Shown here: positions 19,580 to 29,934 of the stretch, one piece after another
Position numbering within the stretch: the stretch's first letter is position 1
How the letters are laid out: each line of letters starts with the position of its first letter
Source: Alphaproteobacteria bacterium
GTDB taxonomy: Bacteria; Pseudomonadota; Alphaproteobacteria; Rs-D84; JAERRO01
Assembly: GCA_016735395.1 (NCBI GenBank)
Contig: JAERRO010000001.1
Location: 2,428 to 66,427, forward strand
Direction of reading: 5' to 3'
Length of the DNA stretch: 64,000 nt
Position numbers and translations under genes: made by a program
The notes under the pieces: model-generated
What the model saw: the letters and a program-made list of their open reading frames with translations, nothing else
What the model was told of the DNA's origin: nothing
Databases searched by the model: none

Positions 19580-22500
19580 TTATGTTAATTTAACTGTTTT
19601 ATTTTTTATAATATTATTTAAATTTTCGTTCTGTTTCTTCCCTATGTCTGCTAACCTTTCGTAGTTTTCTCTATCATATTTGGCAGTTTTTATAAATCTA
19701 TTTTGAGATTCATACAGAGCTTCAAGATCTTCAGAAGGATTTTTAGAATCTAACTGCAAAGGTTCATCAAGACTAGGATTAAATCTATATAAAGGCCATT
19801 GCCCAGAATTTACTGCATGTATCTGTTGAGATAAAGTCCCGCCGGTGTCTAAAGGGCCGTTGTGTTCTATACAAGGCGAGTGAGCGATAATTATCGCAGG
19901 ACCATCAAAAGCTTCTGCCTCTAGAATAGCTTTAATCGTTTGAGTAGGGTTAGCAAACATAGCTATTTGAGCGACATAGCAATTATTGTTTTGCATACTT
20001 ATAAAACCTAAATTTTTCTTTGCCGTCTTCTTCCCTGTGATAGAGAATTTGTGGGAAGCCGTTATAGGAGTAGCTTTAGACTGTTGTCCGCCTGTGTTCG
20101 CATAGACCTCGTTATCTAGCACAAGAATTTTTGAAGGAGTCTGAAGATGCAGAATGTGATCGATACCGGCATAACCGATATCATATGCCCATCCGTCTCC
20201 GCCGACTATCCACAATGATTTCTTTCGCAGATTGTCTATGACATTATGAAGCCGGACAGATGCCTCACCTAGAGAGTCTCTTTCCTTTTCCAGTATATCT
20301 TCCAGAGTTTTTATATCTTCTAGAATGATAGCCCTACTGTTTTCATCTTCCTGTTTATTATCTACGATTTTATCAGATATCTCTCCTAGAACATTTTTGT
20401 ATTTATCCCCTAGTTCTTTCAGAAGTCCTATAGCATATTGGTGCATCATATCTTTAGATATTTGCATACCCAAACCAAATTCTGCATTATTTTCATAGAG
20501 AGAATTCATCCAGGCTGGTCCTACTCCATTAGAATTTGAGTTGAAGGGAGTTATATTGTCTCCGGCAAACACAGAAGAACAACCTGAAGCATTCGCCATA
20601 ATTAGATTATCTCCTGTTAACTGTGTTAGAAGTTTTACTAGAGGTGTTTCACCGCATCCTGGACAGGCTCCTGAGAATTCGAATAATGGTTTAGCCAGTT
20701 GTGAATGTTTAGGCAAACTCATATTGAGTCTAGATTTATCTACTTCTTTTAATCCGTACAGAAAGTCGAAGTTATCCTGTTCTACTTTTCTTCTAATTTC
20801 GTCGAGAGGTTCCATTTTGATAGGAGGATTTTTATGATCTTCTAAAGGACAAGCTTTGATGCATAGATCACATCCAGTACAGTCCCCTGGTGAAACTTGA
20901 ATCGTGTAGTGAAGATTGTCTTCCTTACTGTCCGTAATATCGTTAGCCTTATATTCTTGAGAAACGAAATCGTCGGGAGCATCTGACCTTTGTTCTTCTG
21001 TCGTAACAGTAGAACGGATAGCAGAATGTGGACAAACAAAAGCACATTTTCCACATTGAATACAGGTATCGGGATCCCATATAGGCACTTCGTTACTTAA
21101 CCCTCTTTTTTCTAGTTTACTCAATCCCGCTGGAAACATAACATGTTTAGGTATCGCAGAAACAGGAATATCATAACCAGTCTCTGTCCGAATCTTTTCT
21201 ATGATTTGAACGGCAATCTTTTCTTTAGAATCACTAATAGAAGACTTAAAATCTGGTGCTTTACTTATCGTATCGTCTGAGACTTTTATTTCTATAAGTT
21301 CGTCTAAAGCTTTATCGATAGCAGAAAAATTGGCGATGACAATGTCTTCACCTTTGCTAGAATATGTTTTTTTGACGGTATCTTTAATCTTTTGAATAAT
21401 CTTTTTATTATCGACGAGTTCATTGACATAGAAAAAGCAGACCTGCATAATAGTATTTATCCGTCTGTTAAGACCGAATTCTTTTGCTATTTTAGAAGCA
21501 TTTATAACGAAGAGTCTACAGTTCTTGTCTTTAATAGTTCTCTGAATATCTTTCGGTAAAATATTGAGGACATCTTTAGTATCTCCGTCAACATTTATTA
21601 GTATAGTTCCGTTTTGTTTAATGTTTTTAAATATATTAGTAATTTGTACTAACTTAAAGAAATGACAGGCTATAAAGTCAGGTTGTTCTACAAAAAAAGG
21701 TGTATCTATAGGTTTATTCTTATCTATACGAATGTGAGTATGAGTGAGTCCTCCTGCTTTTCTAGCATCGTTGTTCGTCCTTCCGTTGATATAGACATTG
21801 TCGACCTCATTTATAATATTTAGACTATTAACTACAGAACCAGAAGTTCCGTCAGAGGCCAACCCCCAAATGATAGCTTCGAATCTGTCCTTGTGATTTA
21901 TAAGAAAAGAGTTATCTACCTCTAGAGATAAATTAGTAACATCGTCGTTGATACCTACTGTAAACTCTTGAGGAATATTCTCGCCGTTTAACATATCGAA
22001 GATGGCTTTAACATCTTTTGGAGAAAAGTTTTTACCTACAAGTCCATATCGTCCACCTGCTATATTTATATCTTTACGACCTCCTCTCCATAAAGCTGAA
22101 ACTACATCTTCGCATAGAGGTTCATAGACGGCTCCCATCTCTTTCGTCCTATCTAAAACGGCAATATTTTTAACAGATGAAGGTAATTTTTCTATTAAAT
22201 CGTCTATAGGGAAGGGTCTGTATAGTCTTATATTTATAACCGCGATTTTTTCTTCTCTGTTTAGATCTATATATTCCTTAATAGTTTGTATAGAAGATGT
22301 CATAGATATAATAATATTTTCAGCTTCAGGGTTCCCATAAAATTCTACTACTTCGTATTTTCTACCGGTCGCAGAATAGAACTTTTTCATCTCGCTTTTA
22401 ATAGTAGGAATAACATTTTGTACGATAGGATTAAGACTCTCTTTAATTTGAAAAGCCATATCGTGATTTGATATGCTACCTCTGACTTGAGGATTCTCGG

Positions 22501-23131
22501 GTTTTAAAGAATTAGTTTTAAAATTATTCATAGCTTCCCACGGATATAATTCTTTCATAGTTTCTTTTGACAATTCTATATAGGACTTAAATTCTGCTGA
22601 TGTTATATACCCATCGAAGAAGTGAAGCATAGGCATACTAGAAAGTAGTGTAGTAGTATGTGCTATAAAGGCCATATCTTGAGCTTCTTGAGTATCCGAA
22701 GATCCCAAAATAGAAAATCCCGTTTGTCTAGTAGCCATAATATCATTGTGAGAACAGAAGATAGAAGTAACAGGAGATGCAACTTCTCTAGCTGCCGAGT
22801 GTATAACCATAGGAGTAGCTTCACCCGCTATTTTGTACATCGTAGGAGGAAGTAAAATTAAACCTTGAGAAGAAGAGAAGGTAGTAGTAAGGGCTCCCAT
22901 CTGAATAGAACCGTGCATATATCCTGCAACTCCGACTTCAGATTGCATCTGTGTCATCGTAGGGACTATACCTAAAATATTCTTTTGTTTATCGGCTATT
23001 AGTAATTCTATCTTTTCTGGCATAGCAGTACTAGGCGAAATCGGAAAAATTGGGATAACATCGCTTAAAAAATGTGATACACGAGCTACTGCAGAACTGG
23101 TGTCCCCTAAAATATAATTTTTTAAAACCAT
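19580..23131 (-). CDS. nifJ: Pyruvate:ferredoxin (flavodoxin) oxidoreductase, copy 2 (tandem paralog)
   Basis: 1183 aa. CIQCGKCAFVCP, CTGCDLCIKACP and GGDGWAYDIGYAGIDH. Collinear with copy 1 and 5 bp upstream of it. Confidence 0.9.
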   Translation of the reverse strand: MVLKNYILGDTSSAVARVSHFLSDVIPIFPISPSTAMPEKIELLIADKQKNILGIVPTMTQMQSEVGVAGYMHGSIQMGALTTTFSSSQGLILLPPTMYKIAGEATPMVIHSAAREVASPVTSIFCSHNDIMATRQTGFSILGSSDTQEAQDMAFIAHTTTLLSSMPMLHFFDGYITSAEFKSYIELSKETMKELYPWEAMNNFKTNSLKPENPQVRGSISNHDMAFQIKESLNPIVQNVIPTIKSEMKKFYSATGRKYEVVEFYGNPEAENIIISMTSSIQTIKEYIDLNREEKIAVINIRLYRPFPIDDLIEKLPSSVKNIAVLDRTKEMGAVYEPLCEDVVSALWRGGRKDINIAGGRYGLVGKNFSPKDVKAIFDMLNGENIPQEFTVGINDDVTNLSLEVDNSFLINHKDRFEAIIWGLASDGTSGSVVNSLNIINEVDNVYINGRTNNDARKAGGLTHTHIRIDKNKPIDTPFFVEQPDFIACHFFKLVQITNIFKNIKQNGTILINVDGDTKDVLNILPKDIQRTIKDKNCRLFVINASKIAKEFGLNRRINTIMQVCFFYVNELVDNKKIIQKIKDTVKKTYSSKGEDIVIANFSAIDKALDELIEIKVSDDTISKAPDFKSSISDSKEKIAVQIIEKIRTETGYDIPVSAIPKHVMFPAGLSKLEKRGLSNEVPIWDPDTCIQCGKCAFVCPHSAIRSTVTTEEQRSDAPDDFVSQEYKANDITDSKEDNLHYTIQVSPGDCTGCDLCIKACPLEDHKNPPIKMEPLDEIRRKVEQDNFDFLYGLKEVDKSRLNMSLPKHSQLAKPLFEFSGACPGCGETPLVKLLTQLTGDNLIMANASGCSSVFAGDNITPFNSNSNGVGPAWMNSLYENNAEFGLGMQISKDMMHQYAIGLLKELGDKYKNVLGEISDKIVDNKQEDENSRAIILEDIKTLEDILEKERDSLGEASVRLHNVIDNLRKKSLWIVGGDGWAYDIGYAGIDHILHLQTPSKILVLDNEVYANTGGQQSKATPITASHKFSITGKKTAKKNLGFISMQNNNCYVAQIAMFANPTQTIKAILEAEAFDGPAIIIAHSPCIEHNGPLDTGGTLSQQIHAVNSGQWPLYRFNPSLDEPLQLDSKNPSEDLEALYESQNRFIKTAKYDRENYERLADIGKKQNENLNNIIKNKTVKLT

Positions 23132-23189
23132 CTTCTAAACCTTTTTCTATTATCTATTTTAAAACTTTTAAAGTAATTCGTCAACTATT

Positions 23190-24560
23190 TTATTTTTCCT
23201 CCGTATCGTTGGAGATTCTAGATATTTTACCTATGCTTTTAACTATGACGACGGCTTGATTCATTTGAAAGTCTTTCACGACCTTTTTGGAATCGTCCTC
23301 TTCGTCTTCCTCAAATAAGTCGTCTCTAGAAGTTTTATCTACTTCGTTTTTTTTATCTTCATTGTCAAGTGCATTGTTAAAATCAGATTCAGAGAATAAA
23401 CTGTCAAAGTGATCTTGATCATATGTCAATTTTGCCATAGGAATATAGATATCTGGGACTATACCTTTCGCTTGAATAGACTTGCCGGCAGGAGTAAAGT
23501 ATCTAGCGGTAGTAAATTTAACACCGGAACCGTCCTTAAAAGATTTTACCGTTTGAACAGATCCCTTTCCGAAAGATTTAGTACCGATAACTACAGCTCT
23601 ATTATGATGTTGTAAAGCCCCCGCAACAATTTCAGATGCCGATGCACTTCCACCGTTGATCAAAATCACTATTGGTTTATCTTTTAGAAAATCAACAGTT
23701 TCAGAGTATATATAGTCTACCTCCTCTTCGTTTCGACCTCTTATAGAAAGAATCTCAAGATTTCTATCCAAGAATGTATCACTGACTGAAATAGCCTCTT
23801 TAAGTGTTCCACCGGGATTGTCTCTGAGATCTAAAACATATCCTTCTAGTTTCTTCGTATCCCAAACTTTTTCTATATTCTTAATTGCATCTCTCAACTC
23901 TTTTTGAGTAGTATCTGCGAAAACGGATAAACGGATAACTGCGACATTGTCTTGATAAGAAACTTTAACAGATTTTACCTTGATAATTTTTCTAACAATT
24001 TTAATCTTTTGAGGTTTCTCTCCTTTCCGTAGGATAGTAAGGACTATAGAAGTCCCAGGTTTTCCTTTCATCTTTTTAATGGATTCAGTAAGAGTTTCAT
24101 CCCTTACGGAGACTTGATCTAGATGAGATATATAATCTCCTGCTTTAATTCCGGCTTTAAAAGCGGGAGTGTCGTCGATAGGAGAAATAACTTTAATCAT
24201 TTTGTCTTCTCTAGTAATTTGGATACCTAACCCCCCAAATTCTCCTTTAGTCTGTTCCATAATATCTTTAAATTCGTCATAGTTTAAATATCCAGAATGT
24301 GGATCTAGAGACTCTAGCATTCCGTTAATAGCTGATTCTAACATCTTTTTAGCATCGATATCTTCTACATAAGACAACTCTGCTAGTTTAAAGACTTTAG
24401 CTAACTTCGATATCAATTGATAAACTTCTTCCTCCTCGTTTTCACTAGAACTTTTGACTTCGACTTTTTCTGCTATTATTACCCAAGTAAGAGATATCAT
24501 AGACACGACGATAATCATAAATAATATACCGTGTTTTTTTAATAGTTTTATTAGATTCAT
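23190..24560 (-). CDS. ctpA: Carboxy-terminal processing protease (S41)
   Basis: PDZ segment GIQITREDK.IKVISPIDDTPAFKAGIKAGD, S41 catalytic region GGSASASEIVAGALQ...GTKSFGKGSVQ, N-terminal membrane anchor. Confidence 0.85.
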   Translation of the reverse strand: MNLIKLLKKHGILFMIIVVSMISLTWVIIAEKVEVKSSSENEEEEVYQLISKLAKVFKLAELSYVEDIDAKKMLESAINGMLESLDPHSGYLNYDEFKDIMEQTKGEFGGLGIQITREDKMIKVISPIDDTPAFKAGIKAGDYISHLDQVSVRDETLTESIKKMKGKPGTSIVLTILRKGEKPQKIKIVRKIIKVKSVKVSYQDNVAVIRLSVFADTTQKELRDAIKNIEKVWDTKKLEGYVLDLRDNPGGTLKEAISVSDTFLDRNLEILSIRGRNEEEVDYIYSETVDFLKDKPIVILINGGSASASEIVAGALQHHNRAVVIGTKSFGKGSVQTVKSFKDGSGVKFTTARYFTPAGKSIQAKGIVPDIYIPMAKLTYDQDHFDSLFSESDFNNALDNEDKKNEVDKTSRDDLFEEDEEDDSKKVVKDFQMNQAVVIVKSIGKISRISNDTEEK

Positions 24561-24575
24561 AAGAGGTCCTTTAAT

Positions 24576-25661
24576 TTATATAAATTGGTTAGCATCGATA
24601 ATAGTTCTAGAATTGTCTCTCACCTCTACGGTTAAGACCCTCTCGATTCTATTCATAGCACCAACTATTTGTCCTTTGTTTACATCATCATAAATAGATA
24701 CAGCGAATGTATCTAAACCTGAGATAATTACATAGTAGTCATTTTCTGTTTGTAAAATCAACAGTTTTTTATACCCTCTAAAATCTTGAGCGAATATTAC
24801 TTTACCTTTAGTAGGAGAGAACACTATAGCACTAGGATCTGTCCTACTTTCCCATATGAGAGGGGACGATTTATTAGTCCTATCTTTACCTTTAGCGGGA
24901 CTCATCCACTTACGAGACACAGTAGAAGTTTTCTTTGCGACGGTCTTCTTCTTTGCCGTAGCTACAATAAGATCATCTAGATCTTTCGACTTTTTAACTA
25001 GAGTATCTATTTCTCTCTGAAGTTTTCTATTATTTTTTGCTAACCTTGAGGCATCTCGTCGATATATTTTAATAGAATTTATCAAATATTTTTTGTCTAC
25101 ATCGATTTTTTTGATAGTTTTATCTAGACGATTTTTACTATTATTTATCTCTTTCTCGTTCTTTTTTAGTTTATCTTTTTCTACCTTATATTTTTTAATT
25201 ACTTTCAAATATTTATCTTGTCGTAATTTCAGTAATAATCTTTGTTGAATAAATTTCTTATCATAAAATTGCGGATCGAATATATATCTTTCCATCATAT
25301 GGTACGGCACAGCAATATCGAAAGAAATTTTTCTAATAGATTTTTGAGAGTTCTGTATATTATCATCTAGTGTAGTCCTCTGTTTTTTCAACCTCTTTAT
25401 ATTGTCATCTATCTCCTTCTTTTTTGTTGTACTACGATTATATAGAGTTAGTTTATCGTCTAGCCTTTTTTGAGATACCTCAAGGTTCTTTTTATAGTGC
25501 TTTTGTTTAGAAATAACTTTTTTCTTGTCTTCGGTAGTTTTTTTTATCTTCTGAGAGATTTCGACTTTTTTCTGTAATGTAGTTTGGGCACTGGAATTAT
25601 TAGAAATAAGTACTAGATTAAAAGCGATAGAAACTAGGTAAATTATTTTAATAAAAATCAT
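24576..25661 (-). CDS. envC: EnvC-like murein hydrolase activator (coiled coil plus degenerate M23/LytM domain)
   Basis: Signal peptide, long K/E-rich coiled coil, and C-terminal LytM-like fold lacking the HxxxD/HxH zinc ligands. Adjacent to ctpA as in many proteobacteria. Confidence 0.55.
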   Translation of the reverse strand: MIFIKIIYLVSIAFNLVLISNNSSAQTTLQKKVEISQKIKKTTEDKKKVISKQKHYKKNLEVSQKRLDDKLTLYNRSTTKKKEIDDNIKRLKKQRTTLDDNIQNSQKSIRKISFDIAVPYHMMERYIFDPQFYDKKFIQQRLLLKLRQDKYLKVIKKYKVEKDKLKKNEKEINNSKNRLDKTIKKIDVDKKYLINSIKIYRRDASRLAKNNRKLQREIDTLVKKSKDLDDLIVATAKKKTVAKKTSTVSRKWMSPAKGKDRTNKSSPLIWESRTDPSAIVFSPTKGKVIFAQDFRGYKKLLILQTENDYYVIISGLDTFAVSIYDDVNKGQIVGAMNRIERVLTVEVRDNSRTIIDANQFI

Positions 25662-25668
25662 AAGGCTA

Positions 25669-27465
25669 TTATTTTATAATATGAATATTTATATTATAAA
25701 TGAATTTAAAACCTTTAGACAATTTATTCTGAATAAGTTGTCGAACTACAAGTTTTATATTTTCTATAAGATCATTGTCATTGAACTTTTTAATCAGAGG
25801 TTTTATAGCCAGTTCTATGTCTACTTTACTATTCGGGACTAAAGCTAACGGGCCATTATCGGTAACCATAATAGAATCTTTACTACTTCTTGCAATAGAT
25901 ATAAACATTGTCGCAGAGAACTTTTTATCTATAGATACAGAAGCTATGTCCTTTTTAGACATAGTAAAATGTTTAGTCTGTACTATAGTGTCCGTCGGTA
26001 CGGAGGCTATAATTCTAGGAGCCTTGTTATGAGACAAAGCAACAACATCTCCGTTATGAGGTAATATAGTATGTCTAATGCCGGCTTTATCCGCTAACAT
26101 TTTATTGACGATCATATGCATCAGAGTTCCGTGCATAGGAATAAAAGTCGCAGGATTTACGGTCTTATAAAAGTCTATAAGTTCTATATGAGAAATATCG
26201 TGTCCACCTGTGTGTAGGTTATTATCTAGGTGATAAGTTTTAAACTCTATACCTTTGTCGATAAGTTCTTCGTACATAGAGGCTATACGAGTATCATTAC
26301 CGGGGATAACTCTAGAAGAAAAGAGGACTAGATCTCTACCGGCAGATAATTGAATGTCGTTTCTATTAGGTTGAAATATAGTTCTCTGTAGACCAGAAAA
26401 TTGTTCCCCTTGAGTCCCAGATAGACAGTAGACTAACTCGCTATCATGATAATCTTCGGCTTCTTCTCGCGAAATAACTAAATTTTTATATTTTAGATAT
26501 CCGAGTTCATTAGCAATATCATAGTATTGATTTATTGATAACCCTATTAAAACTATTTTACGGTTCGATTTATATGCCGCAATCTCTATAGCATTTATCC
26601 TGTTAACGGCTCTAGCATACCTAGTAAGTACTATTCTCTTTTTTGTAGAGGAGAACAGTTTAGTAAGACATTGTGCTACATCTAATTCTGTTTTACCTCT
26701 CTTCCACTGTGATAAAACATCCGTAGACTCTCCTATAATAGCTAGAAGTTTCTTGCTTTTTAGTGATTTTAGATACTTCGTATTCGTATTTTCTCCAGCT
26801 AAAGAGTTCTTAGAAAATTTGAAGTCTCCCGTATGTAATACCGCTCCTGCTTTAGTCTCAATGTGAAACATAAGTGATTCTGGAATAGAATGACTTATAG
26901 AAACACCCGTCACAGAAAAGTTTTTTGTATTTGTAGTATTTCCTTTAGGAGATATAGTATTAAAATTTATTATTCTTTTAAAATTTAATTTAGCCAACTG
27001 ACATTCATTCTCTAGAGCTTTTTTTACTATAGGGGTCGCAAAAACCGGACACCGTAATGTTTTATGTAGATATATTAAAGCATCAGAATGATCCGCATGA
27101 TTATGAGTGACAAACAGTCCTTCAACCAAATGTTCTTTCCCTTTAAAAAAGGACAGATCTACAAATTCGTTAGTATCAAAGTCAGTATGCATATCTGAAC
27201 CACCGAAACCGCCTATTCCGTAGTCTACAATTATAAATTTGCCGTTATATTCATAGACATAACAACTAAACATAAACGACCGTAATCCACCTAGTCCAAA
27301 AAATCGTAATTCGTTGTTATTTCCTCTTAGCCACTTGTTATTTTGTCTAACAGGTTTCTTCTTTTCTTTATAATTTTTAGGTCTACTCCGCGAGACATTA
27401 TTATAGTTAACTTCATTATTTTTATTAGTTTTTTTATTAAACATATTATTCCTTACAAGATGCAT
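25669..27465 (-). CDS. rnj: RNase J-family ribonuclease (metallo-beta-lactamase/beta-CASP)
   Basis: MBL motif FVTHNHADHSDAL, downstream HTGD and PMHG motifs, ~560-aa core with a basic N-terminal extension. Confidence 0.7.
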   Translation of the reverse strand: MHLVRNNMFNKKTNKNNEVNYNNVSRSRPKNYKEKKKPVRQNNKWLRGNNNELRFFGLGGLRSFMFSCYVYEYNGKFIIVDYGIGGFGGSDMHTDFDTNEFVDLSFFKGKEHLVEGLFVTHNHADHSDALIYLHKTLRCPVFATPIVKKALENECQLAKLNFKRIINFNTISPKGNTTNTKNFSVTGVSISHSIPESLMFHIETKAGAVLHTGDFKFSKNSLAGENTNTKYLKSLKSKKLLAIIGESTDVLSQWKRGKTELDVAQCLTKLFSSTKKRIVLTRYARAVNRINAIEIAAYKSNRKIVLIGLSINQYYDIANELGYLKYKNLVISREEAEDYHDSELVYCLSGTQGEQFSGLQRTIFQPNRNDIQLSAGRDLVLFSSRVIPGNDTRIASMYEELIDKGIEFKTYHLDNNLHTGGHDISHIELIDFYKTVNPATFIPMHGTLMHMIVNKMLADKAGIRHTILPHNGDVVALSHNKAPRIIASVPTDTIVQTKHFTMSKKDIASVSIDKKFSATMFISIARSSKDSIMVTDNGPLALVPNSKVDIELAIKPLIKKFNDNDLIENIKLVVRQLIQNKLSKGFKFIYNINIHIIK

Positions 27466-27578
27466 ATTATAGACATTCTAAACTATATCTATATAGTTTT
27501 TTGTGTATGTATATCAAGTTAGTATAGACTAGTTCTAAAGTCAAGAGACTTTAAAATACCGTATATCTTGCTTTATTA

Positions 27579-29768
27579 TTGTACTATATGTATAATGATG
27601 ATATGCAACCGACGAGTAAATTAGAATTTTTTAGAAAAGACATATCGTTTATAAAGGGGATAGGTCCAAAGGTCAGAGATATCTTAAAACCAGTGTTAGG
27701 CAGTAATATAACGGAGACGGTCAGTGTATGGCATTTTCTAAAACATATACCTAGAAGATACGAGACTTTTCAACTGTTAGACGGTATGACAGACGAGTGG
27801 ATAGATAAATCTATAGAAATACCGATTACCGTGATAGAACACTCAAAACTTAAATTCTCTAACCGTAGGATACCGTTTCAAGTCAAAGTGCAAGACGGTC
27901 TTGGACAGTTCTTGTACCTAAACTTTTTTAGTATGAAGACATATTATATCACTAGTAAATTTCCTATAGGAGCCAAATTAGTACTGATAGGTAAGGGGAA
28001 AAAGATTAAAGGTAGATATGTATTTTATCATCCAGATGCCAGACCTTTTACCGCTATAGAACTTAACGACGAAGATACAACCAAGACACAAAAGATACAG
28101 AGCATATATCCCGCTACTGCTAATATATCTCAGAAGATATTTTTAAAATTACAACAAGGAATATTACCTCATATACCGGACATAGGATCTCCATATGACA
28201 AATTTTTATATACCTCTTTTAAATTTCCTAGTTTTAAGCAGGCGATAACAGAATTACATAATCAAAGTGAAACCGACGAGGACGAAGTTCTAAAAGCTAG
28301 ACAAAAATTAGCATTCGACGAGGTATTCGTCTCACAATTTTCCGTAAAACTTCGTCACTACTTTAAAAGATCGATAAAATCTAAAGAAAATATAATATAC
28401 GACGGTAATCTCTTAAAAAAGGCAAAATCTCTGATACCGTTCGAATTGACAGACGGACAAAAGGTTGCAACAGATGAGATAATAAAAGATATTAGTTCGC
28501 CTTATCAGATGTTTAGATTATTACAGGGAGATGTCGGCTCTGGAAAAACAATAGTAGTTTTTCTAGCAATGATTCAAATTGTTTCACGTGGAACATTTCA
28601 ATCGGTTCTAGTCGCCCCAACAGAACTATTAGCAAAACAGCATTTTGCTACACTAAAACCCTATGCAGATAAGCTAAATATCAATATAGTCCTGTTATCT
28701 GGCTCTCAGACAGTCGCCGAGAAAAAGGCAATTCGACGGCAAATAGCATCGGGATTCGCCCAAATGATAATCGGTACACATACCATATTTCAAGATACAA
28801 CGGAATTTAAAAATCTACGGCTAGCTATAATAGACGAACAGCACAGATTCGGTGTTCGTCAACGGTCTAGTTTACTAGGAAAAAATGACACAGTAGATCT
28901 ACTTTTGATGAGTGCTACTCCCATACCTAGAACACTACAGATGATGATGCAAGGACATATGGATATCTCTATTATGAAAGGAAAACCGGCAAACCGTCTC
29001 CCTGTAAAAACATCTTTAATCTCTAGTAATTCTGTCGATAAGTTAATAGAAAGACTCAAATATCGAATATCGAATAGTGAAAAGATATTTTGGGTTTGCC
29101 CCATTATAGACGAATCAGATACTATAAACTCTACTCCCGCCATAGAAAGATTTGAATATGTCAGAAATATTCTAGGAGATAAAGTAGGACTATTACACGG
29201 TCAAATTAAACCTGTAGAACGGGACAAAATTATGGCAGACTTTATAAAACCTGACGGAAAAGTTAAGATAATTATAGCCACCACAGTCATAGAGGTAGGA
29301 GTAGATGTCTCTGATGCTACAGTTATGATTATAGAATCTCCCGAACGATTCGGACTGGCACAATTACATCAGTTACGGGGACGAGTCGGCAGGGGAGACA
29401 AACAGTCCTATTGCATATTATTGTCTAAAGATATATCACAAAATCGCCTGAAATTAATGACAGAAATTCACGACGGATTTAGACTAGCAGAATATGATTT
29501 GATGCACAGAGGGGAAGGAGATGCTCTAGGGATTAAACAAAGTGGACGGTCCTTTTTTAATTTCGTAAATGTCTTCGAAGATCAAAATATCATAACCGCC
29601 TCGACTCAATATGCTCAAGATCTATTTGACGAATATCGAGATATCCTAAAAGATATCGAAAACTCTAACAAATTCGTAAAGTACCTTATGAAAAATAATC
29701 CCGATTTATACCTTATACTGTCTATCTTTAAAAAAAGCGAAGAAGGTACAGACTCTTTGGGTTGTTAG
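27579..29768 (+). CDS. recG: ATP-dependent DNA helicase RecG
   Basis: TDGQKVATDEI..DISSPYQMFRLLQGDVGSGKT (motif I), DEQHRFGV (motif II), GRVGRG (motif VI), N-terminal wedge domain. Confidence 0.9.
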   Translation: MYYMYNDDMQPTSKLEFFRKDISFIKGIGPKVRDILKPVLGSNITETVSVWHFLKHIPRRYETFQLLDGMTDEWIDKSIEIPITVIEHSKLKFSNRRIPFQVKVQDGLGQFLYLNFFSMKTYYITSKFPIGAKLVLIGKGKKIKGRYVFYHPDARPFTAIELNDEDTTKTQKIQSIYPATANISQKIFLKLQQGILPHIPDIGSPYDKFLYTSFKFPSFKQAITELHNQSETDEDEVLKARQKLAFDEVFVSQFSVKLRHYFKRSIKSKENIIYDGNLLKKAKSLIPFELTDGQKVATDEIIKDISSPYQMFRLLQGDVGSGKTIVVFLAMIQIVSRGTFQSVLVAPTELLAKQHFATLKPYADKLNINIVLLSGSQTVAEKKAIRRQIASGFAQMIIGTHTIFQDTTEFKNLRLAIIDEQHRFGVRQRSSLLGKNDTVDLLLMSATPIPRTLQMMMQGHMDISIMKGKPANRLPVKTSLISSNSVDKLIERLKYRISNSEKIFWVCPIIDESDTINSTPAIERFEYVRNILGDKVGLLHGQIKPVERDKIMADFIKPDGKVKIIIATTVIEVGVDVSDATVMIIESPERFGLAQLHQLRGRVGRGDKQSYCILLSKDISQNRLKLMTEIHDGFRLAEYDLMHRGEGDALGIKQSGRSFFNFVNVFEDQNIITASTQYAQDLFDEYRDILKDIENSNKFVKYLMKNNPDLYLILSIFKKSEEGTDSLGC

Positions 29769-29775
29769 AATAAAT

Positions 29776-29801
29776 CTGTTTGTCAAGTTTTGGTATGGGC
29801 G
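29776..29801. repeat. Copy 1 of a ~26-bp imperfect direct repeat (core TTTGTCAAGTTTTGG) bounding the secreted-paralog pair
   Basis: tgTTTGTCAAGTTTTGGtatgggcgg matches 31806..31831 (taTTTGTCAAGTTTTGGggtaggagg). The reverse complement carries a consensus TTGACA hexamer. Confidence 0.6.
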
Positions 29802-29934
29802 GATATGTTAATTTCGCGGGGTCGCTTCTTCCGTTTATTCTATCTGATTTTGCTATCTGTTGGAGTTATTACGGGGAATTGTCTGTTGATCTAGTTTTGT
29901 TCTTTATTTAATTTATTCGTTGATTTTGGTTCGT

